From the IMG/VR virus record IMGVR_UViG_3300032401_000001, positions 64,001 through 128,000 of that record: a DNA stretch of 64,000 nucleotides; one strand, given 5' to 3'. Position numbers and translations under genes: made by a program. Shown here one piece after another: positions 26,894 to 35,973 of the stretch. A model generated the notes under the pieces. It did not search any database and was not told the DNA's origin. It was given only the letters and a program-made list of their open reading frames with translations. This DNA comes from a virus. The first letter of the stretch is position 1. Every line of letters begins with the position of its first letter.

Positions 26894-28017
26894 CCGTACG
26901 TTGTAAGCACGGTATGCGGACGGAGTTCTGCAGTGTCTGTACACCGGCACCGCTTCCGGCCAGTGTGCCTCGCCACGTTACGGTGAAACAAGGTCGAGTG
27001 CTACGAGAACGTACGCCACCGTTGGAAGCGCCGTACTTGGGCGGTCGTTACGCTCTGGTCCATGTTGCTGGTCCCCACTTCTGTGGACACGTCCACGCCG
27101 TTGAACACCTCACGACGCAAACTGAAGTGGTTCACCTGCATGGTCACCCTTACGTGTGGGTCGTCGAGGCTGTGTTGGCGCAGGCGCCGAATCTGCGCAG
27201 GCTTCAAGTCATCCCGTCAATGGTACGCGCCTGCAAAGAGACCGTTCGGACTTTATGCGCCGCGCGTGGTGTGCAGATTGTAGCGGGACACCATCGTCCT
27301 GACCTGGCGTGGGCGGAAGACGAGATTCGACACACTCCGCTCTATGGTCACTACCAGCGCTTCTTGCGCGGTTTAGCTGGAATCCAGTACGAGCAATTCC
27401 AGGAACTGCTCGTCATGGGGTTCGAAGCGGCGCAGCTTGCAGCGCGCTATTATTGTCTTGCAAGCGAAGCGCCTATCACGCTACGGGTTCTCGCAGACGA
27501 CCACGGTCTCGAAAGCATCTCTGGCGCTTCGTCGCACATTCACGCTGTGTTCTACTATCTTGACTCTTCGATTCAAGCTGGAAAAGCTTCGGTTCGTCTA
27601 GCCCGGAATCTCTACCTGCGCGTGGTACGTTTGCGCCCGCTGTTAGCATCTGTTGCGGCGCTGGATGCGCAGTTGCGTGCGCACGGGGTCACGGCGTTGC
27701 CCGCTGGTTTTCCATTGTCCCGTTTGGACATCTATCTTGACCTCGTGGCGGCGTCACGCGATGGTCGATTGGCATCGTTGAAGGCGGATCGTCCGAAAGC
27801 GCATCAGGCGTTGATACTGCGCTTCGGTCTTGAAGGCGAGTTCGTGTACCGGACGCTTCGGGAAGTAGCGGTCCTGTTTGGTGGCGTGACGCGGGAGTGG
27901 ATCCGCTTGTTGGAAACGCAGGGTTTGACTCGGTTGAACATCGTCGATGAAGATACGATCGAAACAACGGCAATCGCCGCAACAGATGTGGAGACGACGG
28001 GACCGGAGAAGCCGTAG
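26890..28017 (+). CDS. sigma70 region-4 HTH-containing protein
   Basis: LILRFGLEGEFVYRTLREVAVLFGGVTREWIRLLETQGLTRL matches the sigma4 consensus. Confidence 0.75.
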   Translation: MTVRCKHGMRTEFCSVCTPAPLPASVPRHVTVKQGRVLRERTPPLEAPYLGGRYALVHVAGPHFCGHVHAVEHLTTQTEVVHLHGHPYVWVVEAVLAQAPNLRRLQVIPSMVRACKETVRTLCAARGVQIVAGHHRPDLAWAEDEIRHTPLYGHYQRFLRGLAGIQYEQFQELLVMGFEAAQLAARYYCLASEAPITLRVLADDHGLESISGASSHIHAVFYYLDSSIQAGKASVRLARNLYLRVVRLRPLLASVAALDAQLRAHGVTALPAGFPLSRLDIYLDLVAASRDGRLASLKADRPKAHQALILRFGLEGEFVYRTLREVAVLFGGVTREWIRLLETQGLTRLNIVDEDTIETTAIAATDVETTGPEKP

Positions 28018-28034
28018 AAGGGAGAAAGACCGAC

Positions 28035-28403
28035 ATGTCGATACTCAACCATCCGTTTTGGTCGAAACTGCAGCCGTACGTCTACAAGAAATTGTCTCAT
28101 TACGCTCTCAAGACGAAGGAACCTATCTACCGTCTTGAGCTCAGCAACGATATACCGCAGGCGTTGCTCGATGGCATACGGGAGATCGAAATCGAGTGTG
28201 CCAACACTTTGTGTCGTCAACTTCACACGCCGGTGCGGCCTCGATCGGTGAAGGACAAGAAGACCGGCATTCGTCGGTGGACCAATCGCTTCTATCTGGC
28301 CACCAGTTGTAGGAACTTGAGCTGTACGCGTACCGATGACGTGACCGCCGCCAAGCAAGCCATCGAAGCTGCGGTGAGCGAAAGGATGGATGACGATGCC
28401 TGA
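28035..28403 (+). CDS. hypothetical protein
   Basis: RBS ggag; scattered cysteines. Confidence 0.7.
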   Translation: MSILNHPFWSKLQPYVYKKLSHYALKTKEPIYRLELSNDIPQALLDGIREIEIECANTLCRQLHTPVRPRSVKDKKTGIRRWTNRFYLATSCRNLSCTRTDDVTAAKQAIEAAVSERMDDDA

Positions 28404-29103
28404 ACCCCTCATCCTCGTCCTCAAGACCGACCCCGACCGTGCCGTCGCCTACGCCTGTCCCGACTGCCACAACGTCATCCAGGCGGCGAACGACAACCCC
28501 GACATCGACGCCGCGGCGCGCAAGCACGCTGCGGAGCACTGCATCTTCCACTGCGAGAAGTGCGGTGTGCGCCTCATCAAGAAGCCCGGCCCGGAGCAGA
28601 ACTACCCGGGCTGGGGCACGCTGTGCTCAGCGTGCGACAAGCAGCGCAACCTCGACCGCTACCAGCAGCGCTTCGATGCGGCCGAGAAGCTCACTGAGCA
28701 GCAGTTCAACGAGCGCACTGACCTCGACCCGGTCGTCTACCTCGAAGGCGAAGATCACTTCTTCCCCGAGGGCATCGATGAGCTGCGCGAGTGGTGGTGC
28801 GAGTTCCACTACGACCCGAAGAAGCCCGACGAGATGCCGGACTTCCCGGAGTACGTCTTCACCTGCACCAGCATCACCGGCGTACGCCTGGACGCCGATA
28901 GCATCCTCGAGAGTGCCCTTGATGAGCACCACGAGGACGCCGTCGAGAGCGTCAACGTCGAGGCGCTGCAGAAGCACCTCGACGAGTGGTCGGCTGACCC
29001 CGCCAACCAGGTCACCTCGTGGGAGGCGAATCACAAGCTGCTGGTGCTCCTCGATGACGACGTGAACGAGGCGTTCTTGAAGAAGTGGCGCGAAGAGGCG
29101 TAG
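28390..29103 (+). CDS. acidic hypothetical protein with Zn-finger-like N-terminus
   Basis: YACPDC...HCEKC...CSAC; strong GC3 bias. Confidence 0.8.
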   Translation: MTMPEPLILVLKTDPDRAVAYACPDCHNVIQAANDNPDIDAAARKHAAEHCIFHCEKCGVRLIKKPGPEQNYPGWGTLCSACDKQRNLDRYQQRFDAAEKLTEQQFNERTDLDPVVYLEGEDHFFPEGIDELREWWCEFHYDPKKPDEMPDFPEYVFTCTSITGVRLDADSILESALDEHHEDAVESVNVEALQKHLDEWSADPANQVTSWEANHKLLVLLDDDVNEAFLKKWREEA

Positions 29104-29105
29104 CC

Positions 29106-29435
29106 GTGTGGAAGAAGCATCCATTGGCACTGCCGGCCGACGAGGCGTCGTTCCATGTCTGGCGTCTCCATGAGCTGGGACGCATCTCTATGCTACGGGC
29201 GTTTATCGCAATCGGTGCCGGCGCACTGTTGGGTTTGGTGCCCATGCTGTTGTTGTGGGCCTTCGCTGGTGTGCCGTTGCGGTGGTTCATGTTCGGTTGG
29301 ATGCTCGCAGCCGGCGTGCTCATGATGACCAGCCACAGCCTGCTCGTCTGGCGCTGTGCGCGTAATCAGCGGGTCATCGCGGCGCTCAAAGCGGAGGGGC
29401 GGCTGCGAGTCATCACGCATGAGGAGGAGCCGTAG
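29106..29435 (+). CDS. two-TM membrane protein
   Basis: Two long hydrophobic segments. Confidence 0.7.
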   Translation: MWKKHPLALPADEASFHVWRLHELGRISMLRAFIAIGAGALLGLVPMLLLWAFAGVPLRWFMFGWMLAAGVLMMTSHSLLVWRCARNQRVIAALKAEGRLRVITHEEEP

Positions 29436-29436
29436 C

Positions 29437-29640
29437 ATGGTCAAGTCCAAGCCGATCTACATCATCGAGGAGCTGAGCGCGGAGTGGGGTTGGTCCCCCG
29501 TGGGCGACGACTACAACCAGAAAGCTGCGCTCAACTATGCTCGTGCCAATCAAGAGCGTGAGGGTACGCAGCACCGAGTGACCCGCTACCTGCCTGATCC
29601 CAAGTACAAAGTTCAACAGTTCGGGTCCAAGGAGAAGTAA
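29437..29640 (+). CDS. small hypothetical protein
   Basis: RBS gaggag. Confidence 0.7.
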   Translation: MVKSKPIYIIEELSAEWGWSPVGDDYNQKAALNYARANQEREGTQHRVTRYLPDPKYKVQQFGSKEK

Positions 29641-29823
29641 ATGGCAGCGAATCTCAGCACGCTGGCACGTGGCCCAGCGACGAAGCCCTACACCAAGAAG
29701 CAGCTGCAGCAGATCCGCCGGTGGGTCATGGATGACTGGGAGTCGCACGACATGGAGACCGATCTGGTGAAAGTCGTGCTGCGGCTGCTCAACACCATCG
29801 AGTCGAGAAAGAAACCGTCATGA
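29641..29823 (+). CDS. small hypothetical protein
   Basis: Abuts the previous stop; RBS aaggag. Confidence 0.7.
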   Translation: MAANLSTLARGPATKPYTKKQLQQIRRWVMDDWESHDMETDLVKVVLRLLNTIESRKKPS

Positions 29824-30173
29824 AGACCCACGTCGCCTACGAGAAGAAGTACCGTCGGGTGAAGGCCAAGCTGCTCGACAGCCATTACACGTTGAGCGCG
29901 TATCTCAGCACCATCGAAGCTGAGCGCGATGCGATTCGGCGCCGCAACGGCGTCACTCATCAACGGCTGCATCGCTGGATCAAGCGCTTGCTGGACGACG
30001 TGCGTCTGGGCACGCTGGTCGCGGGCAAGCCGACCATCGCGACCAACGTGCTCGATTCGCTCCTGGTGGAGCTCCAGGACGAAGCGCGCCACTACTACCT
30101 CAACTCGGATGAGCTGCTCGCCGATTGTGAACGGTGCCAGAATCGGCGGGCCAAGAAGGTGAACGCACGATGA
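29820..30173 (+). CDS. hypothetical protein
   Basis: ATGA overlap. Confidence 0.75.
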   Translation: MKTHVAYEKKYRRVKAKLLDSHYTLSAYLSTIEAERDAIRRRNGVTHQRLHRWIKRLLDDVRLGTLVAGKPTIATNVLDSLLVELQDEARHYYLNSDELLADCERCQNRRAKKVNAR

Positions 30174-30251
30174 CTTTTCTCCCCGGGGAGAACGACAGCA
30201 GCCTGGCGCGGGTGCGCCTCGAAGCGTTGGCGCTGGTGGTAAGAAGCGCAC

Positions 30252-30761
30252 ATGAGCGACTCTGGCAACTACTTCAGCGATGGCACCAATCGTTGGAAGG
30301 CGGAAACGCTGTGGCAGGCCGCGAAAGACCTGCCAGTCGAAGAAGTGCCCATCGAGACCCTGCTGTCGACGACTGAGGTTCGGCGCATCCTGCGTGCGGG
30401 ACTGGAGCATCCCGTCATTCTTGGGCCGCAGGGTGGCGTGCTAGATGGTTTTCATCGCATCGCCAAGGCATGGCTCACTGGTCAGCAGTCGCTGTTGGTG
30501 CAGCGCTTGCCGGTAATGCCAGTACCCGACGACGACATCAACTATAATCGCAACGCTCTGCTCGATCTGCTCGAGTACTGCCTCAACTACCTCACACCCA
30601 CGACTTCGACGCACGAAGAGATCGTCGGTCTCTTGCATAAAGAACGCGGTTACGTCTGCATGTGCGGCTACTGCCCGCCGACGGCCCGGGAGCGCAACAA
30701 CGGGCCGTGTCCGGCGTGCGGGGCGACGATGTCGCACAACTGCCCAGGGGAGAAGCCGTAG
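30252..30761 (+). CDS. ParB/Sulfiredoxin-like domain protein
   Basis: LEHPVIL..QGGVLDGFHRIAKA motif; C-terminal CxC..C..CxxC. Confidence 0.75.
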   Translation: MSDSGNYFSDGTNRWKAETLWQAAKDLPVEEVPIETLLSTTEVRRILRAGLEHPVILGPQGGVLDGFHRIAKAWLTGQQSLLVQRLPVMPVPDDDINYNRNALLDLLEYCLNYLTPTTSTHEEIVGLLHKERGYVCMCGYCPPTARERNNGPCPACGATMSHNCPGEKP

Positions 30762-31087
30762 TGCGCATCTCTCTCGTCATGTTGTACTTCGGCTACGCGG
30801 GCATCTTGCTGGCGCTGGGCGACTACTTCAGCAAGCGCTGGGCGAGTGGGACGTTGGGAGTCAGCGGTCTCTTGCTGGCTACGACGATGTACCTCTTGTC
30901 GCTGCCGGGTTGGTTCCTGGGCATGAAGCACCACCCGCAGCTGGTGAAGATGGCGCTGCTGTGGAACCTCGTGCTCACCTTGGCCAGCGTGCTGGTAGGT
31001 CTGCTGGTTTTCCATGAGCGTCTTTCGGCAGTGCACGTTGCCGGCGGGGTTCTAGCCCTGGCGAGTATCGTGTTACTCTCGCTGTGA
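30761..31087 (+). CDS. SMR/DMT-like 4-TM small membrane protein
   Basis: 108 aa, four TM helices, GDYFSK in TM1, GLLVFHERLS...G motif. Confidence 0.8.
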   Translation: MRISLVMLYFGYAGILLALGDYFSKRWASGTLGVSGLLLATTMYLLSLPGWFLGMKHHPQLVKMALLWNLVLTLASVLVGLLVFHERLSAVHVAGGVLALASIVLLSL

Positions 31088-31096
31088 GAGGTTTCG

Positions 31097-31306
31097 ATGC
31101 CCTACGAGTTCCACGTTCAGACGCCCGTTGTCGTGCAGAAAACAGGCGCCTGTGTGCACTGTGGGAAGTACACTGACGAAGGTGTCGTGTACCAGCACGG
31201 TCTCTTTCCCCTGCACCACCTCCATCTCGAAGAGCTGACACTGGAGCAACGTATGGCGCTGTTCCAGCGGCTCTTGGTCGAAGCTCAGGTCCAGAAGGCC
31301 GCATGA
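31097..31306 (+). CDS. small hypothetical protein
   Basis: RBS gagg; CVHC. Confidence 0.65.
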   Translation: MPYEFHVQTPVVVQKTGACVHCGKYTDEGVVYQHGLFPLHHLHLEELTLEQRMALFQRLLVEAQVQKAA

Positions 31307-31821
31307 CGCTGCTCGAGCTCAGCCAGAAGGGGGTGCGGGTCATCCGGGCGATGCTGTTCGCCTTCGATGTGCCCGGCCGCCGCGTCATCATGCAGCGGCG
31401 CCTCTGGCCGTCCTGGGAACGGAGCACCTACGGTGGTGGTGACGAAGCCACCTATGTTCTCTCTGGCATCGAAGGCCGCATCCCGCTGGCCAGCCCGGCC
31501 GGGGTGGCGATGTGCGTCGAGCAGCTCTTTCGTGAGGTCACTGGGCTGACCATCCCCGCAGTTCGCTGGCAGCTGACCGGCATGAGCGAGATCGCCCCGC
31601 GGGTTCACTCGCCGATTCCCTTCGCCCCGGAACATCCGTCGCCGCTGTGTGTCTTCGCCGCGGCCTGTGATCCGCCGGCGCAGGTCGATAGCGCTCAGGC
31701 CCTGGTGGGCGATGTCCTGGCACCGGTGCGCATCGACGAAGTGCTGCTGGGCCAGTCGCAAGCACTGCTCGACCCGCTGCCGCCGTTGTTGGCGACGGCG
31801 TTCCAGGCCGTTGGTGGCTGA
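31303..31821 (+). CDS. hypothetical protein
   Basis: ATGA overlap. Confidence 0.75.
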   Translation: MTLLELSQKGVRVIRAMLFAFDVPGRRVIMQRRLWPSWERSTYGGGDEATYVLSGIEGRIPLASPAGVAMCVEQLFREVTGLTIPAVRWQLTGMSEIAPRVHSPIPFAPEHPSPLCVFAAACDPPAQVDSAQALVGDVLAPVRIDEVLLGQSQALLDPLPPLLATAFQAVGG

Positions 31822-31822
31822 A

Positions 31823-31837
31823 CTTTACGGCGTAAAC
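31823..31837. promoter_or_regulatory. palindrome CTTTAC-ggc-GTAAAC
   Basis: Intergenic copy, 20 nt upstream of the 31858 start. Confidence 0.65.
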
Positions 31838-31857
31838 CATCAGCAAGGAGCAGACAC

Positions 31858-32154
31858 ATGGGCAGCAAGATTGTCACGCGACCGACGTTCCAGAAGGGTG
31901 ATCAGGTCAAGTGGGGCAGCCAGGCCGGCGGCTTCGTTCTCGAGAAGACCGGTACCGTCGTGGCGGTGTTGCCGCCCGGCATGCAGCCGCTGACGCACTG
32001 CAAGTTCGATGAGACTCAGTTCAACCCGGATCCCATCGACAGCCGCACCAGCGCGCGCAACCACGAGAGCTACGTGATCATGGTGGCGGCGAAGTCCGCC
32101 AAGGCGCGGCCGAAGCTGTACTGGCCCGTCGTGTCGATGCTGCGCAAGGCGTAG
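31858..32154 (+). CDS. SH3/KOW-like hypothetical protein
   Basis: FQKGDQVKW..G.VVAV..SYVI...LYWP; RBS aaggag. Confidence 0.75.
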   Translation: MGSKIVTRPTFQKGDQVKWGSQAGGFVLEKTGTVVAVLPPGMQPLTHCKFDETQFNPDPIDSRTSARNHESYVIMVAAKSAKARPKLYWPVVSMLRKA

Positions 32155-32156
32155 TC

Positions 32157-32690
32157 GTGGCCTACGATCATCAGAAGGTACAGGCGTGGTTGCAGGATGT
32201 GCCACGTGGGGCGCCGGCGTTTCTGACGTTGCGGCTCTGGATGGCGTGCATCAATCCACGGAACTTCGGTCTGGAAGTGACGCGGTATCACGACCTCGTT
32301 GATCAGTTCCATGCGGCGTCGCCCTGGGAGCAGGTCAACATGCTCTACGGGCTCAAGGATCTGCTCATCGTCGATCTGGATAGCAGTCTCCAGGTCTATG
32401 GGCGTAAGACGCGGGCTGAAGACGAAGCCGCTGATCCAGAGCTGCAGCGCATCTTGCGCGAGCGCTACGAGAAGTCCAAGACGTCGACGCAGAACATCCC
32501 CGACGGGAGCATGGGTTGCTTCGCGCCAGATCCGCTGTGCTCGATCTGTGGGCAGCCCTACGTGCATCATCAGCACCCCATGAAGCCACTCGGTGTTATC
32601 ATCAGCTCAACCTGTGGTTGCACTGGGGAGACGGACAATGCCCAAGAAGCCGAACGGCGCCGACGTGGATCAGCTGGACCCCGACGCTGA
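32157..32690 (+). CDS. hypothetical protein
   Basis: GTG start, coding bias. Confidence 0.7.
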   Translation: MAYDHQKVQAWLQDVPRGAPAFLTLRLWMACINPRNFGLEVTRYHDLVDQFHAASPWEQVNMLYGLKDLLIVDLDSSLQVYGRKTRAEDEAADPELQRILRERYEKSKTSTQNIPDGSMGCFAPDPLCSICGQPYVHHQHPMKPLGVIISSTCGCTGETDNAQEAERRRRGSAGPRR

Positions 32691-32937
32691 GGAGTTCCCG
32701 GATCCGGAGTTTGTGCCGCTGGAGACGCTCGACGAGGACACGGACCCCAACCATCCGCTTCCTGATGCCGACGCCGAGAAGTCTCCTGACGACTCCGAAG
32801 AAGAAACGGACTACTGCACCGGGTGCAAAGAAGAGTTCCCGCTTTGTGACTTGTGCGATGAGTGCGGGGAGTGCTGCGACTGTTGCGTCTGTCACATCAA
32901 TGACGCCGACAAGGTGCGGCCCGATCCCGAGGAGTGA
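32638..32937 (+). CDS. acidic protein with dense Cys-rich C-terminus
   Basis: D/E-rich N-terminus; CTGC...CDLCDECGECCDCCVCH. Confidence 0.7.
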   Translation: MPKKPNGADVDQLDPDAEEFPDPEFVPLETLDEDTDPNHPLPDADAEKSPDDSEEETDYCTGCKEEFPLCDLCDECGECCDCCVCHINDADKVRPDPEE

Positions 32938-33326
32938 CCATGCTCGTGCTCGCTGAAGTCTTTCTGCCGCTCGGCCCCCAGGCCAAGATCTGCAAGGTGG
33001 CCCTGCCCGAAGGTACCAAGGTCCTCAAGTTCGGCGTGCAGGTCGAGAAGGGCATGATTCAGCAACCGGGACCGCAGAGCGGTCAGACCGTCGTCAATCT
33101 GAAGCCGGTGATGCTGTGCCTGTTCGACCCGCAAGCTCCGGTAGCGCCACGGCGGTTCATCATGGCGAACATCGGTGACCCGATTCCCGACGGTGCGACT
33201 TACCTCGATGGGTTGCAACTGCCGGACGGGAACCTGGTGCACCTGCTCGAAGTTCCGCTGTTGTCTGAGCTGCCGCAGAAGACTCAGCCGCAGCTGCGGC
33301 CGGTGGTACTGTCGGGAGACGCCTGA
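32934..33326 (+). CDS. conserved phage protein (DUF7352-like)
   Basis: LPEGTKVLKFGVQ...CLFDP...RRF....G..IPDGATYL...VHLLEV resembles a common phage family. Confidence 0.55.
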   Translation: MTMLVLAEVFLPLGPQAKICKVALPEGTKVLKFGVQVEKGMIQQPGPQSGQTVVNLKPVMLCLFDPQAPVAPRRFIMANIGDPIPDGATYLDGLQLPDGNLVHLLEVPLLSELPQKTQPQLRPVVLSGDA

Positions 33327-33360
33327 TGCGCTCGCTCGACTTGCCACAAGAAGCGGAGCT

Positions 33361-33567
33361 TTGACGGTACAAGCAGGCGTCACCGAACGGCTCTATCGCA
33401 TCACTGCTCCTCATTTCTGCGCTGGTTTCGTCGTGCATGGTCACTACGTGCGCGATACGGCGCCCATCCTTCATTGGCTGAAAGGCTGGCCACTCACGGC
33501 GGTGCTGGTCTACTGCCGGCGCAAGCGGTGGCAGCTTGAACGCATTTCTGACACGCCGGTTCAATAG
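33361..33567 (+). CDS. small phage protein
   Basis: TTG start; LYRITAPHFCAG...APILHWLKG. Confidence 0.6.
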   Translation: MTVQAGVTERLYRITAPHFCAGFVVHGHYVRDTAPILHWLKGWPLTAVLVYCRRKRWQLERISDTPVQ

Positions 33568-33575
33568 AGGACGAC

Positions 33576-34055
33576 ATGAGCGTATGGCGTAGCTTGCTCA
33601 TGGGCATCACCTGGCCGACGCGTCGCTGGCGCGTCGCCGCCGGGCGTTGTCCGTGGTGCAACGAAGAGCTGCTCAAGGCCGTGCTGCAGGGCGGTCCGCT
33701 CGATCATCGGCTGGGTGAGGTTGCCTACTGCCAGCGCTACCACTACTTCTCGAGCGTCTGCAAGTATCGGCAGCGTATCTTCGATGCAGTCACCGCGCAG
33801 AGCACTGAAGACGCCTACACCGTGAAGGTGCAGCTGCAGGACCCCAAGGGGAACCTGCCGCGGGAGACCCGGGAAGTCATCGACGCGCTTGTCTACGCTC
33901 TGCATCGCGTCGTGCTGTACGAGCGCATCGACGAGATCGACATGCAGTACTACAAGGAGCAGGCGACCCAGGCGGCGCTGCGGTCCAGTGAGCGGCTTCT
34001 TGATCGGCTGCTCTGTTTGGACGGCGGGGCTAGGGTGGCAAAGGGGTCACGATGA
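33576..34055 (+). CDS. hypothetical protein
   Basis: RBS gagga. Confidence 0.75.
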   Translation: MSVWRSLLMGITWPTRRWRVAAGRCPWCNEELLKAVLQGGPLDHRLGEVAYCQRYHYFSSVCKYRQRIFDAVTAQSTEDAYTVKVQLQDPKGNLPRETREVIDALVYALHRVVLYERIDEIDMQYYKEQATQAALRSSERLLDRLLCLDGGARVAKGSR

Positions 34056-34461
34056 TGTCGGTGCCCGAGAGCGTGGCCAGCGGGAGGTAGTAGCAGTTCT
34101 CGCGGATGATTCGCGTGGTCGTGACACCTTGAATCGTCAGCGTCTGCGTGGTGGCGTCGTGGATGAGCACACCGGCCGGTGAACGCGCGATCGCACGGAC
34201 CACACGCTGCAAGCCACCGTCGGTGTTCTCGGTGAGCAGCGTGACGAAGCTGCCACTGAGTTCACTGCCTTGAACGCCGGCGATGAAGAGCTCGAGGTCC
34301 TGGGCACGCAGGGTACGGCTCTGCGAGAGCACCGTGGTCAACACGTTCAGGATGACGCCACCAACTCCGGTGCCACCATCGCTGCAGTTGTAGTAGCGGA
34401 ACGTCCGGGTGTAGTTGGTGGCGGGGGTCTCGGTGCGCAGTGTGGTGTAGGCGAAGCTCAC
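34030..34461 (-). CDS. Thr-rich beta-strand protein, virion-like
   Basis: Isolated minus-strand ORF with TAGAAT just upstream. Confidence 0.7.
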   Translation of the reverse strand: MSFAYTTLRTETPATNYTRTFRYYNCSDGGTGVGGVILNVLTTVLSQSRTLRAQDLELFIAGVQGSELSGSFVTLLTENTDGGLQRVVRAIARSPAGVLIHDATTQTLTIQGVTTTRIIRENCYYLPLATLSGTDIIVTPLPP

Positions 34462-34487
34462 GGGGCCATTCTACTACGCTTCCCACC

Positions 34488-34520
34488 GTCGTAAACGCGC
34501 TCTTTCTTTCGGTACAAGGA
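34488..34520 (+). promoter_or_regulatory. phage promoter motif (CGTAAA-17 nt-TACAAG)
   Basis: ctttCGGTACAAGGA upstream of the 34539 gene. Confidence 0.6.
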
Positions 34521-34538
34521 CTTGAAAGGAAGGTGTCC

Positions 34539-35018
34539 ATGCGCGACGAGAAGCAGGGAATCCCGGAGTATGGCCCGGCTCTGATGGCCATCCTCATGGC
34601 CTACGAGTGCATCGCCGAACTCCCTCTCCAGGCGATGGCTCGCGCGTGCGGGTGCGACCTCGACGCGCTCAACGCGCGCGTCAACATCGCGTTCGACGGC
34701 GCCGTCATCTACATCGCGGTCGACGGGGCGACGTGGAGGTCGGCGATGAAGGACGGCGACAGTGGTCGCTGGCTCCTGACGCAGGAGCACCCGATCCCGC
34801 CCTCTGCGCGGGTGTGGTGCGACGTCTTCGGCAACGCCGAGGCGGCGGTGCGCGACACCCTGCGGGCGCTTGCCAACCGGCTGGCCAAGCCGGTGCCCTC
34901 CTACGAGGCCCAGCGGGGGGCCAACGAGGAGTACTACGAGAACGGCTGCGTCTCCGACTTCGCGCACGACCGCGCATGTCAGGAGATTGCAGGCAACGAG
35001 AAGCTGTCCGCTGCTTAG
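34539..35018 (+). CDS. hypothetical protein
   Basis: RBS aaggaagg, strong GC3 bias. Confidence 0.8.
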   Translation: MRDEKQGIPEYGPALMAILMAYECIAELPLQAMARACGCDLDALNARVNIAFDGAVIYIAVDGATWRSAMKDGDSGRWLLTQEHPIPPSARVWCDVFGNAEAAVRDTLRALANRLAKPVPSYEAQRGANEEYYENGCVSDFAHDRACQEIAGNEKLSAA

Positions 35019-35019
35019 C

Positions 35020-35390
35020 AGCGACTCCAGACAGTTAGCAGGAGGCTGGTACCGACTTCCCGCCCGGTGACCTCCAGTCCGTCGACGACGGCTCCTGGGG
35101 TGAGACCTGGTTATTCGGTGCGTGGAGTAGGATTTCCCGATTCGAGGAGGACGCCATGAACCCTGGGCAGTGTGCATCTACTACGGTCTGGCCGGGCGTT
35201 GCCCGCCAACTGGAGTAGATGGTCCTGGTCGCGGGCAAGGCCCGGTCAGACCTCGATGGCGTACCGCAGCCGCCAGCCGGTGTGAAGCTGGGAAGCGGGA
35301 GTTCCACCTGGAAGGATAGGTTGAGTCGTGGCGTCGCCCATCCGACGCCGTTTGTTGTGAGAACCGGGGACTCGAGTCCGGTTCTCTTTA
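35020..35390 (+). ncRNA. candidate structured non-coding element ending in a terminator
   Basis: catctact/agtagatg and ggcgtcg/cgacgcc helices; terminator gagaaccgg/ccggttctc-ttt at 35359-35389. Confidence 0.4.
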
Positions 35391-35393
35391 GGC

Positions 35394-35426
35394 GCAAAAC
35401 GGGGGCCTCTCTGCGGTACAAGGAAG
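35394..35426 (+). promoter_or_regulatory. phage promoter motif (..CGG-TACAAG-GAAG)
   Basis: ctctgCGGTACAAGGAAG upstream of the 35536 gene. Confidence 0.55.
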
Positions 35427-35535
35427 TGTCCCGGAACCATCGACCCTCTCTCCCAAGGGTAATCGGTGGTCGGCCGGGCACTCGTCGTGCGTCTCTCAGC
35501 TGAACGCATGACGGCACACGCATCAGGAGGCTCCC

Positions 35536-35889
35536 ATGAAAGCTGCTCGGCTGTTCGGCGTCACCGTTCTCTACGTCATCGTCGCGGCCATCTATGTGCC
35601 GGTGGTCGCCCTCCACATCGCCAGCTGGCCGGTCCGCATGGCCGCCTGGATCCTCGTCGGTCGGAATGCCCAGGGTGGGCTCGCCGGGGTGTGCGTCGGT
35701 CTGGCGAACCTCCTGCGGCGCCTGGCGCGCACGCAGACCGCGCTGGCCTACGGGTACAACAACCTGCAGGCGTACGACGAGCACGTCGCTGAGGAGGCCG
35801 CCCGCATGAAGGCGGAGTTCGAGGCGGGCCTCGCGGCGGGTCGGGCACACGCGGCTGCGGCCGCCGGTGCGGTGCCCAGCGCTACGTAA
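35536..35889 (+). CDS. membrane protein
   Basis: RBS aggagg; hydrophobic N-terminal half. Confidence 0.75.
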   Translation: MKAARLFGVTVLYVIVAAIYVPVVALHIASWPVRMAAWILVGRNAQGGLAGVCVGLANLLRRLARTQTALAYGYNNLQAYDEHVAEEAARMKAEFEAGLAAGRAHAAAAAGAVPSAT

Positions 35890-35973
35890 CACCTTCGTCC
35901 GTAGTACACTCCGGCTTCAAAGGGGCGCGCGTTGGGAGGCGTGCGCCCCTGCCTCTTTAGCTAGGGAGCGCGC

